Source of the DNA: Desulfovibrio sp. UBA6079
GTDB lineage: Bacteria; Desulfobacterota; Desulfovibrionia; Desulfovibrionales; Desulfovibrionaceae
NCBI GenBank assembly: GCA_002428705.1
Contig: DIXN01000001.1
Location: forward strand, 15,030-79,029
Reading direction: 5' to 3'
Length of the DNA: 64,000 bases
Shown: piece after piece, positions 9,102 through 20,175 of the stretch
Layout of the letters: each line of letters opens with the position of its first letter
Position numbering within the stretch: position 1 is the stretch's first letter
The notes under the pieces: model-generated
What the model was told of the DNA's origin: nothing
Databases searched by the model: none
What the model saw: the letters and a program-made list of their open reading frames with translations, nothing else
Made by a program: the position numbers and the translations under genes

Positions 9102-9443
9102 GCGTCTCCTCGATGCGTCCGGGGGTTGACTTTGGTGGCGAATACCGTAGCAGAAGCGCCGGCCGAAGGCAAAAGGCCCGGGAAGGGGCCGGGCGCGCTG
9201 AATGCGATACCAATTCTGTCAATTTTCAGCCGCAGTGCCTGCCCGCAGGCCGGTTCTCCAGCCCGGAGCGGTCACCTGACGGCCTGTATCAACAATCAGA
9301 GAACGATGAAATCAAGAGAGTTTTTCCGCCTGCGGAAAAAACCCCCGCAGCGGACAAAACCTTTTGACCTTTTTGTCATTAGTGCTTAGAAACGGACTTT
9401 CAATTTCGTCAAAGCGACTTGCGAACGGAGGCATCACACGTCC

Positions 9444-10160
9444 ATGTCCACGCCCAAGACCAAGCCCAACGACAGCCTGCAGGCCAGCCTGGGAGCGCTC
9501 GTCCAGAACGCGCCCGACAAGCTCCACCCCGTGCTCGACTTCATCATCGGCCACTTGCGCCAGATCCTGGTCGGCGTCGGCGCCGTGGTCCTGGCCGTGG
9601 CCCTGGGCAGCGGCTGGCAGCTCTACACGCAGTGGCAGATACAAAAGGATGCCGCGGCGCTCGGCATCATCCTGAACGGCGCCGACGACGAGGCCAAGAT
9701 CACGGCCTTGACCGGCTACGCCGCCGCCGCGCCCAAGGCCATGAAGACCCAGGCCTACCTGGCCCTGGCCGAGACCGCCATGCGCCAGGAGAAGTTCGAC
9801 CTGGCCGAGAAGGCCTTCGCCGAGACCGCGGCCAATACCGACGATTCTTCGGCCCGCCTGGTGGCCAACCTGGGCCTGGCCGACGTCGCCCTGGCCATGA
9901 ACAACCCGGCCAAGGGCAAGGACATCCTGTTCGGCCTGAAGACCACCGCGCCCGACACCTACAAGGGCTCCATCCTCTTCCAACTGGCCATGGCCGCCGA
10001 GGCCTCCGGCGACGACAAGACCGCCCTGACCACCTGGGAGGAGTTCGCCTTCCTCGCTCCGCAGGCCAGCGCCGGCTTCGTCACCGACCGCATCGCCATG
10101 CTCAAGACCAAGCTGGGCCTGCCCCTGACCCCGGCCCCGGCCGCAACTCCGGCCTCCTGA
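9444..10160 (+). CDS. membrane-anchored helical-repeat (TPR/YfgM-like) protein
   Basis: One TM segment (ILVGVGAVVLAVALGSGW) followed by Ala-rich helical repeats. The family call is tentative. Confidence 0.55.
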   Translation: MSTPKTKPNDSLQASLGALVQNAPDKLHPVLDFIIGHLRQILVGVGAVVLAVALGSGWQLYTQWQIQKDAAALGIILNGADDEAKITALTGYAAAAPKAMKTQAYLALAETAMRQEKFDLAEKAFAETAANTDDSSARLVANLGLADVALAMNNPAKGKDILFGLKTTAPDTYKGSILFQLAMAAEASGDDKTALTTWEEFAFLAPQASAGFVTDRIAMLKTKLGLPLTPAPAATPAS

Positions 10161-10179
10161 GGCCAGAAGGGACACGATC

Positions 10180-12024
10180 ATGGCCCATCCGCTGCTTGCC
10201 CCCGCCGGCGAGACGCTCCTCCTGCTCGGCAACGAGGCCATTGTCCGCGGCGCCCTGGAAGCCGGCGTCGAGGTCGTGACCTGCTACCCCGGCACGCCCT
10301 CGAGCGAGGTCCCGGACACGTTTGCCCGCCTGGCCACTGATGCCGGCGTGCGCTTCGAGTACTCGGTCAACGAGAAGGTCGCCCTGGAAGTGGGCGGCGG
10401 CGCGAGCCTAGCCGGCGCCCTGACCCTGACCACCATGAAGCACGTCGGGGTCAACGTGGCCGCCGACCCGCTCATGACGTTGGCCTATATCGGCACGCCC
10501 GGGGGCCTGGTGCTGCTCTCGGCCGACGACCCCGGCTGCCATTCGAGCCAGAACGAGCAGGACAACCGGCTCTACGCCCGCCTGGCAGGGTGTCCGGTCT
10601 TCGAGCCGGCAAGCGCCCAGGAGGCCAAGGACATGGTCCGCGAGGCGCTTGCCCTCTCGCGCGCCTGGCAGCAGCCGGTCATGCTGCGCACCACCACGCG
10701 CCTGAACCACCTGCGCGGCCCCGTGACCCTGGGCGCGCTGCCCGGGCAGACCAAGGGCCCGGAGTTCGTGAAGAACCCGCGCCGCTTCGTGCCCATCCCG
10801 GCCGTGGCCCGGGTGCGCCACGGCGAGCTGCTGAAGAACCTGGCCGCGATCTCCGCGGAGATGGCCGCCACGCCCTGGAACCGGGTGACCGGCTCCGGCC
10901 CGGTGGGCCTCATCGTCTCGGGCATCAGCCGGGCCTACGTCTCCGACGTGGTCGAGGAGCTGAACCTCTCCGGCCGGCTCGCGATCCTGGAGCTCGGCTT
11001 CACCAACCCCCTGCCCGAGAAGGCCATCCTGGACTTCGTCGCCGGCCGCACGCAGCTCCTGGTCATCGAGGAGGGCGAGCCGGTCATCGAGAACGAGGTC
11101 CGCGCGCTCCTGCACAAAAACGGCCTCGACCTGCGCCTGGAGGGCAAGGGCCTGCCCGGGCTCTCGCGCCAGGGCGAGTTCTCCACCGTGACCGTGCGCC
11201 AGGCCCTGACCGCCGCCCTCGGCCTGCCCGCGGCCGCGGCCGCGCCCTGCCCGGCGCCCGAAGGCCTGCCCCTGCGGCCGCCGAACCTCTGCGCCGGCTG
11301 CCCGCACCGCGCCACCTATTTCACCGTGCGCGACATCTTCGGCGACACGGCCGTCTATTCCAGCGACATCGGCTGCTACACGCTCGGCATCCTGCCGCCG
11401 CTGGCCGCCGCCGACTTTCTCCTGTGCATGGGATCAAGCATCTCCGCCGGCTCGGGCTTCGCCGCGGCCTCGGGCAAACCCGTGGTGGCCTTCATCGGCG
11501 ACTCGACCTTCTTCCACTCGGGCCTGACCGGCCTGGTCAACGCCGTGTTCAACGGCCACGACCTGATCGTGGTCATCATGGACAACGCGACCACGGCCAT
11601 GACCGGCCACCAGCCGCACCCCGGGGTCACGATCAGCGCCATGGGCGAGAACCCCAACCGGGTGGACATCGAGGCCCTGGTCAAGGCCTGCGGCGTCTCG
11701 GCCGTGCGCACGGTCAACCCCCTGAACCGCAAGGCCACCCGCGCGGCGCTTCTCGAGCTGAAGGACGCGAGCGGCGTGCGCGTGCTCATCGCCCGCGAGC
11801 CCTGCCCGCTCCACGCCCGCCGCGTGCTCGGCGCGAAAAAAACCCAGGTGGCCTACGTCGCCGCCCAGAGCGAGGCCGTGAACGCCTGCGTCTCCAGCCT
11901 GGCCTGCCCGGCCTTCGAAGTCGTGGACGGAGCGGTCGCGGTGAGCGAATCCGCCTGCTCCGGCTGCATGTTCTGCCTTCAGATCGCAAGCGACATCAAG
12001 GCCGCCAAACGGGGGAGCAAGTGA
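10180..12024 (+). CDS. iorA: indolepyruvate:ferredoxin oxidoreductase alpha subunit
   Basis: 614 aa. N-terminus LLLGNEAIVRGALEAGVEVVTCYPGTPSSE. ThDP region FIGDSTFFHSGLTGLVNAV. C-terminal Cys cluster CSGCMFC. Followed by iorB with a stop/start overlap. Confidence 0.85.
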   Translation: MAHPLLAPAGETLLLLGNEAIVRGALEAGVEVVTCYPGTPSSEVPDTFARLATDAGVRFEYSVNEKVALEVGGGASLAGALTLTTMKHVGVNVAADPLMTLAYIGTPGGLVLLSADDPGCHSSQNEQDNRLYARLAGCPVFEPASAQEAKDMVREALALSRAWQQPVMLRTTTRLNHLRGPVTLGALPGQTKGPEFVKNPRRFVPIPAVARVRHGELLKNLAAISAEMAATPWNRVTGSGPVGLIVSGISRAYVSDVVEELNLSGRLAILELGFTNPLPEKAILDFVAGRTQLLVIEEGEPVIENEVRALLHKNGLDLRLEGKGLPGLSRQGEFSTVTVRQALTAALGLPAAAAAPCPAPEGLPLRPPNLCAGCPHRATYFTVRDIFGDTAVYSSDIGCYTLGILPPLAAADFLLCMGSSISAGSGFAAASGKPVVAFIGDSTFFHSGLTGLVNAVFNGHDLIVVIMDNATTAMTGHQPHPGVTISAMGENPNRVDIEALVKACGVSAVRTVNPLNRKATRAALLELKDASGVRVLIAREPCPLHARRVLGAKKTQVAYVAAQSEAVNACVSSLACPAFEVVDGAVAVSESACSGCMFCLQIASDIKAAKRGSK

Positions 12025-12620
12025 TGGCCACGACCAAGACCCGCGTCTTTCTTGCCGGCGTCGGCGGCCAGGGCACCCTGACCGCGACCACCGTCCTGGC
12101 CAAGGCCGCGCTCCTGGCCGGCCTTCCGGTCACCGCCGGCGAGATCCACGGCATGGCCCAGCGCGGCGGCGTGGTCGAGTCCACGGTGCTCATCGGCGGC
12201 TACGCCTCGCCGCGCATCGGCCCCGGCGAGGCCCACCTGCTGCTCGGCTTCGAGCCCCTGGAGACCCTGCGCGCCCTGCCCTGCCTCGCCCCGGGCGGAG
12301 CGATCCTGTCCGCCGCCGACCCCATGCCGCCCATCGGCGTGACGCTGGGCCGCGAGCGCTACCCCGAGCTTACGGCCATCAAGGCCGCGGCCGAGGCCTG
12401 CGCCGGAAAAGTCCGCTTCCTGGCCTGCGCGGACCTGGCCCGTCAGGCCGGCACGGCCCTGGCCGCCAATACAGTGCTCCTCGGCGCGGCCGTGGGCCTG
12501 GGCGTCCTGCCCTTCGACCTGGGTGCCCTGGCCGCCGGCCTGCGCGCCGTGCTGAACCCCAAGATCCTCGACGCCAACCTGAAGGCCGCCGAGCTCGGCG
12601 CCGCCGCCGTAGCGGCCTGA
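12024..12620 (+). CDS. iorB: indolepyruvate:ferredoxin oxidoreductase beta subunit
   Basis: 198 aa taken from an internal ATG of track ORF 10590..12620. FLAGVGGQGTLTATTVLAKAA...GEIHGMAQRGG is typical of the gamma-type domain of 2-oxoacid:ferredoxin oxidoreductases. GTGATG overlap with the iorA stop. Confidence 0.8.
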   Translation: MATTKTRVFLAGVGGQGTLTATTVLAKAALLAGLPVTAGEIHGMAQRGGVVESTVLIGGYASPRIGPGEAHLLLGFEPLETLRALPCLAPGGAILSAADPMPPIGVTLGRERYPELTAIKAAAEACAGKVRFLACADLARQAGTALAANTVLLGAAVGLGVLPFDLGALAAGLRAVLNPKILDANLKAAELGAAAVAA

Positions 12621-12634
12621 AGGCATCTGAAAAA

Positions 12635-14221
<1,587 letters not shown>

Positions 14222-14235
14222 GGCCGGGCGGAGCA

Positions 14236-14367
14236 GGCCTCCGGCGGGCAGGGGCTTAAGCCCCTGCACCCCCGCAAGGGGGATGATCCCCCTTGACCCC
14301 GCAGTTTGAAAATCGAAGCCGGCCGGTGCGAAGAACACCGGCCGGCTTCGATTTTCAGCTTGGTGGC
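14236..14367 (-). repeat. modular hairpin mosaic repeat, copy B (tail-HP3a-HP2-HP1, reverse orientation)
   Basis: Tail complement GGCCTCCGGCGG 14236..14247. HP3a GCAGGGGCTTAAGCCCCTGC 14248..14267. HP2 CAAGGGGGAT-G-ATCCCCCTTG 14275..14295. HP1 GAAAATCGAAGCCGGCCGGTG / CACCGGCCGGCTTCGATTTTC 14308..14356. Confidence 0.9.
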
Positions 14368-14670
14368 GAAGGGAGAGCAGTGTCCCGCGCGGAAGCCGGG
14401 TGTCCGTAGCGACTGGAGAAAAACAAAAACTGGCCAATGAGGGAAAGACGGACGTCGAAAAAGCCCGGTCGAGAGCCGGTACGCTCTTTCACCTCGTGGC
14501 GGCTTTTCTCTCCTGTTTTTTCCGGACATCCCCTCAGGCAACGAGGATGGCCCCGCATGCCCGCCCTGCTGTGCCGCGGCCATGCGCTTTCTGACCATCG
14601 ATGGCGGCTTTTTTTCCGATCGACTCCGGGACTGACTGGCGTCTGGGATATTTTCGTGTAACATGGCTCA

Positions 14671-14721
14671 CCATTGCTCTGGAGCGGTCCGGGTCTTTCC
14701 CGGACCGCTCCGGAGCAATGG
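14671..14721. repeat. 23-bp-stem hairpin (one T.G position)
   Basis: CCATTGCTCTGGAGCGGTCCGGG-TCTTT-CCCGGACCGCTCCGGAGCAATGG, immediately upstream of repeat copy C. Confidence 0.85.
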
Positions 14722-14725
14722 AACC

Positions 14726-14801
14726 GAGGGGGTCCAGGGGGAAAGCATTTCCCCCTGGCAGGGGGTGCAGGGGGACGGCGTCCCCCTGCCCGCCGGAGGC
14801 C
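14726..14801 (+). repeat. modular hairpin mosaic repeat, copy C (HP3b-HP3a-tail; no HP1/HP2)
   Basis: HP3b CCAGGGGG-AAAGCATTT-CCCCCTGG 14734..14758. HP3a GCAGGGGGAC-GGC-GTCCCCCTGC 14767..14789. Tail CCGCCGGAGGCC 14790..14801. Confidence 0.85.
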
Positions 14802-14832
14802 AGGCAGCGCCCTACCATGGAGGCTCGCAACC

Positions 14833-17553
14833 ATGACATCGAGTTGGCATGACAAGCTGGTGGCCGAGGTTCTTCAGGCCTTCGAAGTCGACCCCGGACA
14901 GGGGCTGACGGACGAGGCGGCGGCAGCCCAGCTGGCGGAACATGGACCGAACGTGCTCACCCGCGAGGAGTCGACCTCGGCTCTGGCCATTTTCGCCGGC
15001 CAGTTCAAGAACGTGCTCATTCTCATCCTCATTGCGGCCATCGTGCTCTCGGCCCTGGTCGGCGAGTTCGAGGATGCCGTGATCATCGGCATCATCGTGG
15101 TCTTCGCAGCGGTGCTCGGCTTTGTCCAGGAGTACCGGGCGGAGCGGGCCTTGGAGGCCTTGAGGGGCATGCTTGCGCCCATGGTCGCGGTGCTGCGCTC
15201 GGGCCGGGAGATGGAGGTGCCCTCGGCCGAGGTGGTGCCGGGCGACGTTTTGCTGCTGGCGGCCGGATCAAAGGTTCCGGCCGACGCGAGGGTCATCGAG
15301 GCCCATGCGCTGCGCGCCGACGAGGCCGCGCTGACCGGCGAGTCGCAGCCGGTGGGCAAGGACGAGGCGCCGCTGCCGGCCGGGACCCGGTCGTCGGACC
15401 GCGGCAACATGGTCTTCGCCGGCACGTCCATGACCTACGGCCGGGGCCGGGCGTTGGTCGTGGCCACGGGCATGGACACGGAGTTCGGCCGCATCGCCCG
15501 CGAGGTGGCGGTGACGGTCAAGGAGAAGACGCCGCTTGAGCGGCGCACGGACGAGATCGGCAAGTGGCTGGGCCTGGCGGCGCTCCTCATCTGCGCCCTG
15601 GTGGCCGGGATCAGCATTGCGCGCGAGGCCGCGGCCGGGCAACTGACCGCGCAGTTCGCGGTGACCGTGGTCATGTTCTCGGTGGCGCTGGCCGTGGCCG
15701 CGGTACCCGAGGCCCTGGCGGCCATCGTCACCGGCGCGCTGGCCATCGGCATGCGCCATATGGCCAGGAGCGGAGCGCTGGTGCGCCGGATGCCGGCGGT
15801 GGAGACGCTCGGCTGCACCACGGTCATCTGCACCGACAAGACCGGCACGTTGACCCGGGGCGAGATGACCGTGCGCCGGATGTTCGCCGCAGGCAGGACG
15901 GTCGAGGTCTCGGGCGCGGGCTATGCGCCCGAGGGGAAATTCACCGAAGCCGGGGGGGAGGCGGCGGAGGCGGACGGGGCGCTGGCCGCCCTGCTGACGG
16001 CCGGGGTGTTGTGCAATGACGCCGAATTGTTCGAGAAGGAAGGGCAGTGGCGCATCGGCGGCGATCCGACCGAGGCCGCCCTGGTGGTGGCCGGGGCCAA
16101 GGCCGGGCTGTGGAAGAAGGAGCTGATGGAGAAGAGTCCCCGGACCGAGGAGCTGCCCTTCAGCTCCGAGCGCAAGCGCATGACCACCATTCACGGCGTG
16201 GATGGGGGGCGCCTGGCCTACGTCAAGGGCGCGCCCGAGGTCGTTCTGTCCCGCTGCGACACGGTGCTGACCGAGGCAGGCGTGAAGCCGCTGGACGAGG
16301 GGCAGCGCCGGGAGATCGCCCGCCTGGCCGAGGCCATGGCCGGTGACGCACTGCGTGTGCTGGCCGCGGCCCGCCGGGAGCTGCCGGCAGGGCTCGACCC
16401 CGCCGACGAGGCCGCGGTCGAGGCCGGGCTGACCTTCCTCGGGCTGTGGGGCATGATGGACCCGCCGCGGCCCGAGGCCGTGGAGGCCATCCGCACCTGC
16501 CGCCGGGTGCACATCACCCCGGTGATGATCACCGGCGACCACAGGTTGACCGCCATGGCCATCGCCCGGGAGATGGGCATCTACCGCGAGGGCGACCGGG
16601 TCCTGACCGGGGAGGAGCTGGAGGCCATGGACGAGGCGGCGCTCGCCGAGGTGGTCCGCACGGTCAGCGTCTACGCCCGGGTTTCGCCCATCGACAAGCT
16701 GAAGATCGTGAAAGCCTGGAAAGCCCTGGGCGAGGTCGTGGCCATGACCGGCGACGGGGTCAACGACGCCCCGGCCCTGAAGCACGCGGACATCGGCGTG
16801 GCCATGGGCATCAGCGGCACCGAGGTGACCAAGGAGGCCGCGGACATGGTCCTGACCGACGACAACTTCGCGACCATCGTGGTGGCCATCGAGCGCGGCC
16901 GCTGGATCTACGACAACATCAAGAAATACCTGACGTATCTGTTGCGCTGCAACATCACCGAGGTGGTCGTCATCGGCGGCGTGGTCCTGGCCATGGGGCC
17001 GGACTACCTGCCGCTCCTGCCCGCGGCCATCCTCTACATCAACCTGGCCACCGACGGCCTGCCGGCGCTGGCCCTGGGGATATCCCCGCCCGACCCGGAC
17101 ATCATGCAGCGCCCGCCGCGCGACCCGCGCGAGCCGGTCTTCACCACCGACGTCCGGGCCTTCCTGCTCACCGGCCTGGTGATCGAGATACCCTTCTTCC
17201 TCTTCCTGTTCTTCCATGATCTGGCCGATATCATCGTGGCCCGGACCGAGATATTCTTCGCCTTCATCGTCGTCGAGATCGTCGTGGCCCTGAACTTCCG
17301 CAGCCTGCGCTACAGCGTCCTGGCTGCCCCGCCGCACCTCTGGCTGGTCCTGGCGATTGTCTGGGAGGTCGTGCTGCTGGTCGGGCTCATCCAGATTCCC
17401 GCCCTGCGCGAGGCCTTCGGCATAACCTGGCCGACCGCGCCCGGCCTGGCCATCATCCTCGGCTATTCCGCGCTCATCTTCCTGGCCATGGAGGGCCTGA
17501 AGGGCTTTCTCCGACGGCGCGATCGCGGCCGGATCAAGAGTATGAAGGCCTAG
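14833..17553 (+). CDS. cation-transporting P-type ATPase (type II, Ca2+/Mg2+-like)
   Basis: Phosphorylation motif ICTDKTGTLT, actuator motif LTGESQP, hinge motif TGDGVNDAPALK, and about 10 TM segments. Start moved to ATG 14833 (MTSSWHDKLVAEVLQAF) because the first 53 codons of the track ORF lie in the hairpin and repeat copy C. Confidence 0.9.
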   Translation: MTSSWHDKLVAEVLQAFEVDPGQGLTDEAAAAQLAEHGPNVLTREESTSALAIFAGQFKNVLILILIAAIVLSALVGEFEDAVIIGIIVVFAAVLGFVQEYRAERALEALRGMLAPMVAVLRSGREMEVPSAEVVPGDVLLLAAGSKVPADARVIEAHALRADEAALTGESQPVGKDEAPLPAGTRSSDRGNMVFAGTSMTYGRGRALVVATGMDTEFGRIAREVAVTVKEKTPLERRTDEIGKWLGLAALLICALVAGISIAREAAAGQLTAQFAVTVVMFSVALAVAAVPEALAAIVTGALAIGMRHMARSGALVRRMPAVETLGCTTVICTDKTGTLTRGEMTVRRMFAAGRTVEVSGAGYAPEGKFTEAGGEAAEADGALAALLTAGVLCNDAELFEKEGQWRIGGDPTEAALVVAGAKAGLWKKELMEKSPRTEELPFSSERKRMTTIHGVDGGRLAYVKGAPEVVLSRCDTVLTEAGVKPLDEGQRREIARLAEAMAGDALRVLAAARRELPAGLDPADEAAVEAGLTFLGLWGMMDPPRPEAVEAIRTCRRVHITPVMITGDHRLTAMAIAREMGIYREGDRVLTGEELEAMDEAALAEVVRTVSVYARVSPIDKLKIVKAWKALGEVVAMTGDGVNDAPALKHADIGVAMGISGTEVTKEAADMVLTDDNFATIVVAIERGRWIYDNIKKYLTYLLRCNITEVVVIGGVVLAMGPDYLPLLPAAILYINLATDGLPALALGISPPDPDIMQRPPRDPREPVFTTDVRAFLLTGLVIEIPFFLFLFFHDLADIIVARTEIFFAFIVVEIVVALNFRSLRYSVLAAPPHLWLVLAIVWEVVLLVGLIQIPALREAFGITWPTAPGLAIILGYSALIFLAMEGLKGFLRRRDRGRIKSMKA

Positions 17554-19163
17554 GCCTCCGGCCAGGCGACCACGCGGTTGCGGCCCTGGCTCTTGGCCTG
17601 GTAGAGCGCCCGGTCGGCGGCTTTCAGCCCGGCCTCGAGCTCCGGCACGCCCCTGGCGCCGGCCAGGTCCGGGCAGAGCGCCACGCCGATGCTGACGGTC
17701 ATGGGCACGCACAGCTCCTTCAGGGTCAGCGGCTTCGCGGCCACGGCCTGGCGCATCCGCTCGGCCAGGCTCGCGGCATCTGCCAGGGTGGTGTTGGCCG
17801 CGATCACGGCGAACTCCTCCCCGCCGAAGCGGGCCAGGAGGTCGGAGCCGCGGATGGTCGCGAGCATGACCCTGACCACGTGCTTCAGGACCTCGTCGCC
17901 GACGCTATGCCCATGGGTATCGTTGACCGCCTTGAAATGATCGAGATCGACCATCAGGCAGGCGCAGTCCTGTTCGTTGCGGCGGGACAGCGCCAGGTAG
18001 CGCAAGCCCGCCTCCAGCAGATGGCGGCGGTTGGAGATGCCGGTCAGGAAGTCCTGGCGCGAACTCTCCTCCAGGACCTTGATGTCGTCGTGGATGCGCC
18101 GGGCCATGAAGCGGAAGGCCCGGTTCAGGTCGCGTATCTCCCGCGGGGCCTGGGTCAGCGATTCGGGCTCCACGGTTTCCGCGAAGCGCCCGGCGGAAAT
18201 GGCCACGGCGCTCTTGTGCAGCCGCTCCAGAGGCTCTTCCAGCGAGCGCGCCAGCCTGAGGAAAAGGGGCGTGAGCACGGCCAGCGACAGGGCCAGCCCA
18301 CCAAGCACGGCGAGCATGCCCTGGTTCAGAGGGGAGAAGACTTCCCGCAAGGGCAGCTCGCCGACCAGCAGCCAGGTGTCGCCCTTGGTCCACAGAAAAT
18401 CGCCGATGACCCGGCGTCCCAGATGGTTGACGTACGGCGCGGTGCTGTGCTCCCCCTGCCGGGCGCGGGCGAGAAGAACTCCCGAGCCCGACGGCCCCGT
18501 AGCCTGCGCCGTGCTCTCCTCGTATCCGGTCAGCAGGCGGCCGTCGGCGTCCAACAGGAAAGTCTCGCCGGAGAAGCCGAGGCGCGTGCGGCTCATGAGC
18601 GCCTCGATGGCCGACAGCGGAACCGCGCCGAGGACCGCCCCGCCGAACGAGCCGTCGAGAAGTGCAACCGGTGCGGAAACGACGATCACCAGCCGGCCAG
18701 ACTTGCGGCTGACCAGCACCCCGGTGACCGAGGACCGGCCCTGGCGAGCGGCGTCGAAATAGGCCCGGTCGCCCACGTAGAGGCCCGGGTTGCCGCTGGT
18801 ATCCACCCGGGTGTGGCCATCGGGCTCGACGTAGATCAGGGCGTCGAAGGCGCTGGAACTCCGGCGGAAGCTGGCGAAGACCTCGGCCATGGCCGCATCG
18901 TCGAAGCTTCTCAGCTGGGGCAGGTCGGCCAGAAAGGTCACTTCCGCCAGCCGGTCCTCCATCCAGTTGTCCAGATAGAGGCGCTGCAGGCCCAGGGTGC
19001 GATCGATGGAGGCGAGTGTGCGGACCTCTATCTCGTCCTTCAGGATGACGTAGAAAAAGACGGCCACCAGGCAGAGCGGCAGCGCGGCCAGGGACAGGGC
19101 CAGCGCCCGCAGCCGGGAGCGGACGGTATCGAAGCTGATGAGACGGCTGATGAATGGAGGCAA
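17550..19163 (-). CDS. diguanylate cyclase with periplasmic Cache-like sensor and HAMP-like linker
   Basis: C-terminal GGDEF domain (RFGGEEF) with RGSD five residues upstream (RxxD I-site). Two TM segments flank a ~250-aa sensor region. There is no ATG between the track start and the first TM segment. I chose TTG 19163, preceded by GGAGGGCGAGGGGG. The 5' end is uncertain and could extend to 19406. Confidence 0.75.
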   Translation of the reverse strand: MPPFISRLISFDTVRSRLRALALSLAALPLCLVAVFFYVILKDEIEVRTLASIDRTLGLQRLYLDNWMEDRLAEVTFLADLPQLRSFDDAAMAEVFASFRRSSSAFDALIYVEPDGHTRVDTSGNPGLYVGDRAYFDAARQGRSSVTGVLVSRKSGRLVIVVSAPVALLDGSFGGAVLGAVPLSAIEALMSRTRLGFSGETFLLDADGRLLTGYEESTAQATGPSGSGVLLARARQGEHSTAPYVNHLGRRVIGDFLWTKGDTWLLVGELPLREVFSPLNQGMLAVLGGLALSLAVLTPLFLRLARSLEEPLERLHKSAVAISAGRFAETVEPESLTQAPREIRDLNRAFRFMARRIHDDIKVLEESSRQDFLTGISNRRHLLEAGLRYLALSRRNEQDCACLMVDLDHFKAVNDTHGHSVGDEVLKHVVRVMLATIRGSDLLARFGGEEFAVIAANTTLADAASLAERMRQAVAAKPLTLKELCVPMTVSIGVALCPDLAGARGVPELEAGLKAADRALYQAKSQGRNRVVAWPEA

Positions 19164-19442
19164 GCCCCCTCGCCCTCCAGGATAAAAACCAGACCACGAG
19201 GATGGGGCTTCATGGCCCAATCCGTTCGACTTGGCAAGGGTTTTCTGAAAATCGTCGAGCCCACGGACCCGGCCGGCGCCGACCTCCCTGCGGTCTTTTG
19301 CAGGGAGGTCGGGCAGGGGCGGCTCCCCAGGCCCGGCCCGGTCAATGGAGGGGCTGTACGCGACCAGGACGGGCGGTGGCTGCGGCCGCAGAGGCGGACC
19401 GCACATCCACGTATCTTATGTACGACGCAGGAAGGGAAAAGG

Positions 19443-20096
19443 TCACCCGGCCGGAACAGGCGGGCAGTCCGGATCGGCGCAAGCCCCGGATTGCGGCCGC
19501 TCGGATTCCTGGCGCCGCTCGGGCCGGCAGAGGCCCCGGCGCAAGGCCCAGACGAGCTCGGTCCGGCTGCTCACCGGTGTAAGCAAGCGCGTGCCCACCC
19601 GGCCGAGCTCGGCCAGGCTGTGGGCATCGGAGCCGCCGCAGCCGACCAGGGGATAGGTCCGGGTCCAGGCGGCCAACCGGGCGTTCTCCTCGGGCGTGTT
19701 GCGGCCGTTCATCAGCTCCACCAGGCGGGTCAGGCCCGCGGCCACCAGCTCTTCGCGCCCCGGCCGGCTGGCCCGGCAGGGATGGGCCATGACCGCGGCG
19801 CCGCGGCGCGCCTCGACCAGGGCCAAGAGGTCCTCGGCGCACAGGCCGGGCGCGAGGTCCTCGAAGGCGCCGAACAGGAGGAAATCGCCGCCCCCGGTGG
19901 AGTACTCCATACCCACGATGACGCACAGACCGTCGGCCTGCAGCCCCTCGCGCACGACCTCGCGCACGGCCATGGTGTCGTGGTCGGTCAGGCAGACGCC
20001 GTCGAGCCCCCTGGCCCGGGCGTTACCCAGGATCTCGGCCACGGTCAGCCGGCTGCAGGTGGAGATGGCGGTATGGACGTGGAGATCGAAAAGCAT
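19443..20096 (-). CDS. PHP-domain metal-dependent phosphoesterase
   Basis: MLFDLHVHTAISTCS...GVCLTDHDT contains PHP His/Asp metal motifs. Start moved to ATG 20096. Confidence 0.7.
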   Translation of the reverse strand: MLFDLHVHTAISTCSRLTVAEILGNARARGLDGVCLTDHDTMAVREVVREGLQADGLCVIVGMEYSTGGGDFLLFGAFEDLAPGLCAEDLLALVEARRGAAVMAHPCRASRPGREELVAAGLTRLVELMNGRNTPEENARLAAWTRTYPLVGCGGSDAHSLAELGRVGTRLLTPVSSRTELVWALRRGLCRPERRQESERPQSGACADPDCPPVPAG

Positions 20097-20175
20097 GGCG
20101 CATTGTGCCATGGCCGGCCGACCATGGCAAATATGCCGCCTCGATCGCCACTCATGCAATGCATAGGAATATTCA

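Noticed and set aside
14756-14769. Sigma-54-like TGGCAG...TGCA inside repeat copies C and D (also 44660..44672)
   Set aside because: The GG-to-GC spacing is two nt shorter than in TGGCAC-N5-TTGC. The motif is part of the repeat hairpins rather than a gene-specific promoter.
14368-14832. Possible riboswitch or leader (for example an M-box) in front of the P-type ATPase
   Set aside because: I could not recognise any known riboswitch core by eye. The structure present is explained by the repeat family and one extra hairpin. A cmscan is needed before making any claim.
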